In this document: positions 56,516-62,869 of the stretch, piece by piece | Layout: every line of letters starts with the position of its first letter | How positions within the stretch are numbered: the stretch's first letter is position 1 | Made by a program: the position numbers and the translations under genes | The notes under the pieces: generated by a model | Told to the model about the DNA's origin: nothing | Database searches by the model: none | The model's input: the letters and a program-made list of their open reading frames with translations, nothing else | Assembly (NCBI GenBank): GCA_964523295.1 | Contig: CAZGAH010000004.1 | Location: 49,680-112,548, forward strand | DNA from: an uncultured Desulfovibrionaceae bacterium | GTDB lineage: Bacteria > Desulfobacterota > Desulfovibrionia > Desulfovibrionales > Desulfovibrionaceae | Reading direction: 5' to 3' | Length of the DNA stretch: 62,869 nucleotides

Positions 56516-57304
56516 TCAGCCGGAGACGCGGTTGCGTATGGCCTCGGCCAGTGCGGGTTCGATACCCAGGGAAATCCGCAATCCTTCCAGGTAATCGTGT
56601 TCGGCGTCGGTATCCACGTCCACGGCGAGCAAGGAGACGGCATAAACCTCGGCCGCGGCCTGCGGCGAGGCAACATCGGCGGCGATTTCTCTGCGCGTGC
56701 GTGGCGAGGCGAATTCCCGCTCCAGAAACGCGCGCTCGTCGTCGTCAAGTGTGCTCCTCTGCAACTGCGAGGAGATGCGCTCCCGCTCGGTCGCGTCCAT
56801 GATACCGTCGGCGTGCGCGGCAGCAATCATGGCCCGGATGAGCAGCACGGGATCCGCCGCCGACGCAGAAGGCGGCGGGGCGACAGGCGGAAGGCCGAAG
56901 GAAGCGCCGGCGTTTGCCGCGGGTATGGCCCGGGTGGTACCGTACGCTCCGGACGGAAGTCCCGGGGCCGGGCCTGCTGACGTCAGGGGCGCTGACCCGG
57001 GCGGTGGCGGCGGAGGAGAAGACGGAGATAGCGGAGGAGGCACCTGGGGCGCGGCGGCCGGGTACTGGGCGGGGTACTGGGCCGGGTACGCGGCCGGGCG
57101 GCTGGTAAAATGCTCGAAAGCGGCAATGGCCACGCCCAGGATGCCCATGCCGATGGCCGCCTTTCCCGGCAGGATGCCCGCGGGCAACAACCCGTCGATC
57201 AGGCTGCTTTTCTTGTGTTTCTTGTGCTTATGGTGTTTGCTGCCCAGCGCCCCGTCCGCCACGCCGCCCAGCATATCGCCCAGAAGTCGTTTCGCATCGA
57301 ACAT
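56516..57304 (-). CDS. DUF533/YebE-like protein with a TerB-like C-terminal domain and a Pro-rich linker
   Basis: Start at MFDAKRLLGDMLGG (ATG 57302-57304). It has one hydrophobic segment. The C-terminus is LLIRAMIAAAHADGIMDATERERI ... AAAEVYAVSLLAVDVDTDAEHDYLEGL, which matches my recollection of DUF533. Confidence 0.75.
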   Translation of the reverse strand: MFDAKRLLGDMLGGVADGALGSKHHKHKKHKKSSLIDGLLPAGILPGKAAIGMGILGVAIAAFEHFTSRPAAYPAQYPAQYPAAAPQVPPPLSPSSPPPPPPGSAPLTSAGPAPGLPSGAYGTTRAIPAANAGASFGLPPVAPPPSASAADPVLLIRAMIAAAHADGIMDATERERISSQLQRSTLDDDERAFLEREFASPRTRREIAADVASPQAAAEVYAVSLLAVDVDTDAEHDYLEGLRISLGIEPALAEAIRNRVSG

Positions 57305-57442
57305 AGGCCTGCTCCGAAAAAAGGTTGAAAAAAGCCTGACCCGACTGCGAGGCATGGTGAAAAATACGACATCGGAGGGATGAGGTCAATTCGCGGCCTG
57401 CGCCCCGGCCCCTGCGGAGCGCGGCATCGTCAGCGTATCCGC

Positions 57443-57646
57443 TCAGGCAGGCTCGGAGCGATCGTCCGAGGCCAGCACCAGGATCAGCCCCAGCGCGGGC
57501 GTCAGCATCATGGAGGCGAAAAAGTATCCCCAGAACCCGAACTTGCGGTTGACGCCGAGCAAGGACACGATCACGGCCGCCAGGACGTAGATGAGAAAAT
57601 ACATGAGACCCTCCTCGGCTGCTTTTGCAGACAGCCCGCGTGTCAT
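57443..57646 (-). CDS. small two-TM membrane protein
   Basis: The ATG at 57644-57646 overlaps the SPFH gene stop (ATGA). An alternative ATG at 57604 is preceded by GAGGAGGG. The core is MYFLIYVLAAVIVSLLGVNRKFGFWGYFFASMMLTPALGLILVL. Confidence 0.5.
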   Translation of the reverse strand: MTRGLSAKAAEEGLMYFLIYVLAAVIVSLLGVNRKFGFWGYFFASMMLTPALGLILVLASDDRSEPA

Positions 57647-58668
57647 TTTCCGGTCGGAGCCCGCTCCGGGGCCGGCGTAACCGCAGGCATCGACCCGGAT
57701 TCCGGCGTCGGCGGATTCTGTTGCTCCGACGGACTCCCCATTTTCCGCCAACTGTCCTGCTTTGCCGCGCCGTCAGCCTCGGGAGCGCTGTCCGGCGGGG
57801 CGCTGGCTTGTGCCGGATTGGCGCCGTCCATGTTGAGAATGACCGGCAGACCGTTCTTTCCGCCACCGACAATGACCAGCTTCGCGTTGTTCGAGCTTGC
57901 CAGATCGGACGTGGCCTTGACGCCTGCCCAGGTCAGCAGCTCGGGAGACAGACTTTTGCGTATGCGGTCGTTGTAGACGGCAATACCCTCGGCCTCCAGG
58001 GAGAGACGCCTGATTTCCGCGGTCTGCGCCTCGATGCGGTATTTATAGGCCAGGAGTTCCTGTTGATGCCGCAGTTTGTTCTCAATAGCCGTTTTGATCC
58101 TGTCCGGCAAGGTGATGCGCTCGATGACCAGGCTGTCGTAGATGATGGGTATGCGCCCGGTCTGATTGATGACCTCGATGAGCACGTCGTCGCACATCTT
58201 CTGGGAATCGAGCGAGTAAATTCCTTCTGGCTGGTAGCGCCCGACAACCTGCCGCACCGATGATATCGAAATGGGAATGACCACCTTTTCCATGTATTCC
58301 GGCCCCACGTTGAGATGCAGATAGGGCAGACGCTCGCGATCTAGATGAAAGCGGACGGCAATATCCACGCCAATATAGAGCCCTTCCGAACTCAGGGTCG
58401 AAACTTCGCGCTGGAACCCTTGAATCCGGACATCATATGTATAGAGCTTGTCCCAGGGAAAAATGACGTAAAATCCGTCAGGATAAATCCTGTTGACAAC
58501 GGTACCGCCAAAGAGCCTGTTGAATTTGACCCCCATTTCTCCGGGATACACGGTGATGAAAATGGATTTGAAAAAAAACAAAAGCAAGAAAAGCAACAGC
58601 AACGTGACAAGCGCCAGCCGTCCGCGGTTGCGATGGAAAAAATTCATAGTTGATGACAGCATAGGCAT
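57643..58668 (-). CDS. SPFH/band-7 (prohibitin/stomatin superfamily) membrane protein with a Pro/Ala-rich tail
   Basis: Start MPMLSSTMNFFHRNRGRLALVTLLLLFLLLFFF (ATG at 58668), after the upstream stop at 58718. SPFH blocks are VYPGEMGVKFNRLFGG, GLYIGVDIAVRF and VIERITLPDRIKTAIENK. Confidence 0.85.
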   Translation of the reverse strand: MPMLSSTMNFFHRNRGRLALVTLLLLFLLLFFFKSIFITVYPGEMGVKFNRLFGGTVVNRIYPDGFYVIFPWDKLYTYDVRIQGFQREVSTLSSEGLYIGVDIAVRFHLDRERLPYLHLNVGPEYMEKVVIPISISSVRQVVGRYQPEGIYSLDSQKMCDDVLIEVINQTGRIPIIYDSLVIERITLPDRIKTAIENKLRHQQELLAYKYRIEAQTAEIRRLSLEAEGIAVYNDRIRKSLSPELLTWAGVKATSDLASSNNAKLVIVGGGKNGLPVILNMDGANPAQASAPPDSAPEADGAAKQDSWRKMGSPSEQQNPPTPESGSMPAVTPAPERAPTGK

Positions 58669-58717
58669 TCTCTTAACCTTCTCCCGAGGATAAGGAGCCG
58701 GAGGAAAAGTACACGGC

Positions 58718-59263
58718 TCACCATAACTCGTCCGAAAACCGCTGATAATGTCCTCTCCAATACAGATCGAGGCAATACTCGATGCAGTTCCTTTCGATGA
58801 CCATGCAGTTTTTTGTATATCCGAGGGTACGGTCACCTTCGCAGATACTGTGCATGATCGGACATTTGGACAGACATTGGATAAATTTCGGTAGTCGGGG
58901 CACGGAATTGACGAACTTTCGGCTTAAATGAATGACCGACTTCGTATAGTCGTCCATGCACTGCCGGAGTTCCAGGCTGGCCATATCGCTCTTGGCGAAA
59001 CAGGTCTGACGCAGGCGAATGATGATGTTGAACACGTGGGAATAGTCGCTGTCGCGCGTTTCCTTCACATGCCCGTACATCTGAATGATGTCTTGAGCCG
59101 GGTGCAGGGTGATGGGCTCGTATCGAAATATGGCGACGTACAGCACGTAGCCGAATAGAGTCCAGCTGAAGCAGAACAGCAGGAAAAACAGACGACTGCT
59201 GCGGCGCCTGGCTCCTCGTGCCGCGGTATCGGCGGGTTCAGGGACGGTCGACGAGTTGGCCAT
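58718..59263 (-). CDS. hypothetical single-TM protein with an eight-Cys C-terminal domain (orphan)
   Basis: The start MANSSTVPEP (ATG 59261-59263) overlaps the ABC gene 3' end by 26 nt. The TM is LFFLLFCFSWTLFGYVLYVAIF. Eight Cys lie within ~95 aa (TCF, QCM, QCLSKCP, ICE, NCM, NCIEYC). The gene is visibly AT-richer than its neighbours. Confidence 0.5.
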   Translation of the reverse strand: MANSSTVPEPADTAARGARRRSSRLFFLLFCFSWTLFGYVLYVAIFRYEPITLHPAQDIIQMYGHVKETRDSDYSHVFNIIIRLRQTCFAKSDMASLELRQCMDDYTKSVIHLSRKFVNSVPRLPKFIQCLSKCPIMHSICEGDRTLGYTKNCMVIERNCIEYCLDLYWRGHYQRFSDELW

Positions 59264-60884
59264 ATTCCATTCGCAGCAGACGGTCGGCAGTATGAAAAAA
59301 ACGGTCATCGTGCGTCACGACGACGATGGTCCTGCCGGCCGCCTTCAGTTCGGGAAGATAGGTTTCATAAAAATAGCGCCTGAATTCCGGATCGAGATCG
59401 GAGCTTGCCTCGTCGAAGAGCAGCACGGGCTTGTCCTCCAGGATCGAGGTAGCCAGGGCCAGCCGTTTGCGCTGCCCGGTGGAGAGCTTCAGATTGGTGA
59501 AACGTCCATCCACGTAGGCAGTATGCGCGCTCAGGGACATGGTATCGAGCAGTTGCCGGAGACGTTCTTCATCGACGTCGGGCTGGCCATAGAGGCGGTC
59601 GAACAGATGAAAATCGGAATAGATGGTGGAAAACAGATTCCGATAATGCTCGTAATTACCCGGCGTCAGCACCGCATCGTCCAGCCGCATCCTGCCCTGC
59701 TGCGGATAGTAGAGCCCGGCGATGAGTTTGAGCAGCGTCGATTTGCCGCTGCCGTTTCCGCCGCAGATCATGAGCAGCTCGTTGCGCGGAATCGTCAGAG
59801 TCAGCGGCCCCAGCGCGAACGACCGCTTCCCCTCCAGTTCCGAATAGGCAAAAACGACCTCCTCAAGCTCGATGCGCGAAAAAGAAACCTTGCCTTCGAT
59901 GCGAGGATCCGGAGCGGTCAGGCGCATATCGTCCATGGCATCAAGCCTGGCTTCCAACTCCTCGATGGTCGTCACCGCCAGCTCTGCCTTGGCGAAAAAG
60001 GGAATGCCCAGCAACACCTGCATCAACGGACCGAACGAGAACAACACCACGGCCACGACACTGGTAATGGTGACGGTATCCAACGTGAAAAACTGAGGCA
60101 GAATAAACACGACGCTGGCGATAAGCCCGATGAAGAACACCCTGGTATTCAGAAATATATTGCACACGCGCACTTCTGTGGCGATTTTCAGCTCCCGGGC
60201 CTCGTCTGAAAGCTTGCGGACATAATTCTCGAACAGATCGTCGCTGCGCGCGCGGCTCATCTTCACTTCCTTGAACCCAAGGATCACGTGATTCACCGCA
60301 GCGATGAAGCCCTCGCGGATGTTGCGCACGACCGTGAGCTCCTGAACCAGCCGGTTTTGCGACAGAACAAATACGGTCAGCCCGACGATATCCATGAAGA
60401 GCACAAGAAAAAAGGCCTGGGCCGAGACAGAGGCGATGTATACGGCGGTTATGGCCACCATCATGACGTTGGATATACCCTCGGCCAGATAACGCGTGGC
60501 CTCGATCATGATATCGGCATTGTCAGTCAGGGCCGAGTGGACGCGCGTCGTTTCGAGTTCCTCGAATTCCTTGAACCCGGCGCGGCGGACTTTATCGACG
60601 ATGCGTACGTTGGTATTGTAGATGAAGCGGCCGATCGTTTGCAGAGACTGCGTCGTCGACCAGCGATCGCCGTAATAATAGAGCAGGATGCTGATCAGGA
60701 ACAGTCCGAGATTCTGAATATCGGCCCCATTGCCCGTAGCGGTTGTGACCACGGCGGCATTGATAAACACCACAGACAGGGCCTCAAACACGCCAGACAA
60801 GGCGCCAAGAAACAGAATTTTCTTTTTTTTCGGACCAGCCTCTTTTTGCAGCAGGGCGATGAATTTCGCTGGAAACAGCATCAT
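59238..60884 (-). CDS. fused permease/ATPase ABC exporter of the cyclic-peptide/YojI-PvdE-SyrD type
   Basis: The N-terminal half has about 6 TMs. Walker A is GGNGSGKST, the signature is LSTGQRKRLALA, Walker B is VLLFDEASSDLD, and the H-loop is VVVTHDDR. The subfamily assignment is from memory. Confidence 0.88.
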   Translation of the reverse strand: MMLFPAKFIALLQKEAGPKKKKILFLGALSGVFEALSVVFINAAVVTTATGNGADIQNLGLFLISILLYYYGDRWSTTQSLQTIGRFIYNTNVRIVDKVRRAGFKEFEELETTRVHSALTDNADIMIEATRYLAEGISNVMMVAITAVYIASVSAQAFFLVLFMDIVGLTVFVLSQNRLVQELTVVRNIREGFIAAVNHVILGFKEVKMSRARSDDLFENYVRKLSDEARELKIATEVRVCNIFLNTRVFFIGLIASVVFILPQFFTLDTVTITSVVAVVLFSFGPLMQVLLGIPFFAKAELAVTTIEELEARLDAMDDMRLTAPDPRIEGKVSFSRIELEEVVFAYSELEGKRSFALGPLTLTIPRNELLMICGGNGSGKSTLLKLIAGLYYPQQGRMRLDDAVLTPGNYEHYRNLFSTIYSDFHLFDRLYGQPDVDEERLRQLLDTMSLSAHTAYVDGRFTNLKLSTGQRKRLALATSILEDKPVLLFDEASSDLDPEFRRYFYETYLPELKAAGRTIVVVTHDDRFFHTADRLLRMEYGQLVDRP

Positions 60885-60971
60885 GTCATGAAGCTTTGGT
60901 TAAGGACGGCGCCAAGGCGCGACCGGCAGACGTTGGAGACAACGCCCGGAAGACCCCTGCCCGGGTATCCG

Positions 60972-61017
60972 AAAAAAAGCCTCTACCGCACGCCCTATCC
61001 TGCGGGCGCAGGTGCGG
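60972..61017 (-). terminator. possible intrinsic terminator downstream of the DUF697 gene
   Basis: The minus strand reads CCGCAC-CTGCGCCCGCAGGATAGGGC-GTGCGG, then TAGAGGC and TTTTTTT. The 7-nt gap between the stem and the U-run weakens the call. Confidence 0.4.
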
Positions 61018-61036
61018 CAACAGACCTGAAGGACTC

Positions 61037-61567
61037 TCAGGCGCCCTTCTTCAGATCAGCAACGTATTCCTTGCCTTCCTTGAACTTTTCGGAAAACTCC
61101 TCTTTCATCCTGGCCGGGTCGAAATCGAAGAGCGTACCGCCGCTGGCGAAATGCTTGATGAACAGCTGGCCAATGGCATAGGTGGACGCGCCGCCAACGA
61201 TGCTGAAGGTCATGACGCTGGTTGTATACCCGATGATCGGAATGAATTTCAGCAATCCCGCCACCGGCCCGGCAGCCAGCGAGGGCACGACGCTGCCCAG
61301 GAGGCTGACGAGAAGGTTTTTTCCCACGTCCCGACGAAAGCTCTGCCCGTATACTGTGGCGATCCTGGAAACCATCTCCAGCTGAATGCCCAGCAATGCG
61401 GCAAAATCCACCAGCGGGACAGGCACGAATCCGACGCCGATGGACCAATACACACGTTTGCGGACCAGATCGTTCGCTTTCTCCAGCAGATCGGGGGCTG
61501 GCTGCGCGGGAATAACAGCGGGGGACGACGTTGCTCCATTCTCCGACTGTTCGATGTGCTCGGTCAT
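61037..61567 (-). CDS. DUF697 (YcjF/YkfA-like) membrane-associated protein
   Basis: Blocks VRKRVYWSIGVGFVPVPLVDFAALLGIQLEMVSRIATVYG and SIVGGASTYAIGQLFIKHFASGG match my recollection of DUF697. Confidence 0.7.
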   Translation of the reverse strand: MTEHIEQSENGATSSPAVIPAQPAPDLLEKANDLVRKRVYWSIGVGFVPVPLVDFAALLGIQLEMVSRIATVYGQSFRRDVGKNLLVSLLGSVVPSLAAGPVAGLLKFIPIIGYTTSVMTFSIVGGASTYAIGQLFIKHFASGGTLFDFDPARMKEEFSEKFKEGKEYVADLKKGA

Positions 61568-61680
61568 GGTGCATCTCCTGGGGTTGAAAGAATGAATCGC
61601 GAAAATGCCAACTCCTGTTCAATGATCCTGAAACTCTTTTTTCGCATACTCTTCTCGTTGCGTCAATGCTCAATTGCCGA

Positions 61681-62812
61681 TTATCCTTGGGGATAGGTCC
61701 CAGTCCGGCTGCCAATAGCCAGGGGGACGACGTCGTGGCCGCTGATTCTTTTTCTCAGAGATGGTTTCAATCCGACTGAGATTCGGAGTACGTTTTTCGG
61801 GTCGCGGTAGGGACCGCTCTTTCGAGCGCCCCCCCCGCACAGATCCCGGCGTGCACAATTACCGCACCGGGCTCCTACCTCGGGTGTTTGGCGTAGAAAA
61901 CGCTCGTTTGGATAGGGATGCAACACTTTGGGCATAAGTATCCAACTTCTGACGATGGGCCCGAAACGCTCCCAGTTCATGCGACGTTTCTGACCGCGAC
62001 GTCGGATTACTTTCAGCCAGTATCGGCTCAGTTCCTCGCGCACCGTGTTCAATGCGTCACAATTCCCAGGTACTGCATGATATCGGCAATACCCTATCAC
62101 AACTCGCCGCAGCCATTCCTCCACATCTTCGATGGGGTCGTGCATTCGTCTACGCAGAACTTCTTTCACATACGCCAGAAATGCAACGGGGCTTTTCTAT
62201 ATCGTCTTCCGCCAGACATGAAACCACTTCCGCAGCCTGGTCTTTACGCAAATGTGCGTAAAGCCGGGGGAAGTCGAACGTGTCCGGCTTGCCTTCCCCG
62301 CGTTGTCGCCGCGTATCGCCGGCAAACCTGCCGAATTCGATAAGCCGGGTCTTTTTCGGATGTAGGGTAGGACCGAAGTGTTCCAGCCGTGACTTGAGAT
62401 CGACAAGAAACCGTTTGGCTTCATGACGATGTTGGAATCCAAGAACAAAATCATCGGCATAGCGCACAATGATGATGTCGCCTCTGGCGCGTTTGTGCCG
62501 CCAGTGCTGCGCCCATTGATCCAGGACATAGTGTAGATAGACCTTCGCAAGTAACGGCGATGTAACAGCCCCTTGCGGTGTCCCGACTCTCGTGCTGGAC
62601 CATTTGCCATCCTCGGAGACGCCAGCCCGGAGCCATTTGCGCACCACACCAGGGGTCGTATCCGCGGATCGGAAATTCTGTGCCCGATGAAGCGAAGCAT
62701 CCTTTTGTGGTCGATGGTGTCGAAGAAACCGCGGATGTCTGCGTCGAGCACCCAGTTCACCTTCCTGCGGGTCAACCCGACAATGAGCGCGTCAAGCGCA
62801 TCGCGCGTCCCG
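61681..62812 (-). mobile_element. group II intron-encoded reverse transcriptase/maturase, 5'-truncated and broken by at least three frameshifts (pseudogene)
   Basis: RT blocks are spread over three minus-strand frames. These are RDALDALIVGLTRRKVNWVLDADIRGFFDTIDH (62197..62775 frame), GTPQGAVTSPLLAKVYL ... IVRYADDFVLGF ... HPKKTRLIEF (62150..62647 frame), and GFTHICVKTR back in the first frame. The X/maturase part is RRRMHDPIEDVEEWLRRVVIGYCRYHAVPGN ... HPYPNERF (61681..62169 frame). RT motifs 0-1 are missing. Confidence 0.8.
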
Positions 62813-62869
62813 GTTCGTTGAGAACCTGGACGCGGGTTTCGTCCATCTCGATGATCGGCCCCGAGCGGA
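62806..62869 (-). mobile_element. IS66-family transposase internal fragment (runs off the right window edge)
   Basis: The minus-strand frame reads RSGPIIEMDETRVQVLNEPGRA. This resembles the DET..V.VL.EPGR block around the first catalytic Asp of IS66 TnpC as I recall it. Only ~20 codons are visible. Confidence 0.35.

Noticed and set aside
61570-61800. Group II intron ribozyme domains V/VI downstream of the RT ORF
   Set aside because: I inspected the minus strand for the ~34-nt domain V hairpin with an AGC triad and a GNRA loop. Only unrelated small hairpins turned up (for example TCTCAG...CTGAGA and ACGACGTCGT). No call is possible without a covariance-model search.

Overview
GC-rich bacterial chromosomal segment. 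The gene content looks deltaproteobacterial or sulfate-reducer-like, but that is only a guess.

**Left two-thirds (core, signalling-heavy).**
- A partial tgt gene.
- Two tandem paralogous HAMP-GAF histidine kinases, followed by an orphan cheR, a receiver-less cheB and a convergent receiver-kinase.
- An amino-acid ABC importer, then Memo-like and YchF-like genes.
- A 1566-aa multi-PAS hybrid kinase with Hpt, plus a second receiver-kinase.
- TetR-MFP-RND efflux genes, a radical-SAM gene and a TtuA/Ncs6-like PP-loop gene.
- An MCP followed by a binding-protein gene interrupted by a nonsense codon.
- A secreted metzincin fused to FG-GAP repeats, lepA-lepB, and an SH3/proline-rich protein.

**Accessory patch (~40.7 to ~54.0 kb).** Three copies of one repeat bracket and subdivide this region. 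The repeat appears to be debris of a Y1/IS200-like (COG1943-type) transposase-like element. The patch holds an MFS exporter and an intact but visibly mosaic Type I R-M operon. Its gene order is hsdM, an AlbA_2/Schlafen-like gene, hsdS, an RloC-like AAA_13 zinc-hook ATPase, then hsdR. I consider this layered R-M locus the best candidate for an under-described defence module.

**Second candidate.** The CheA/CheW/MCP-less CheR/CheB pair attached to kinases that carry a 3 x 28-aa E/Q-rich coiled coil.

**Right end.** MBL/HDOD/TPR genes and a membrane operon (YojI-like ABC exporter, Cys-rich orphan, SPFH protein, micro membrane protein, DUF533). Then a DUF697 gene and a decayed 5'-truncated group II intron RT that abuts an IS66-like fragment.

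**Limits.** I recognised no rRNA, tRNA or CRISPR array. All calls rest on reading the translated ORFs and the nucleotide text by eye. No searches were run, so family names are recollections of motifs, and all identities and boundaries are hand estimates.
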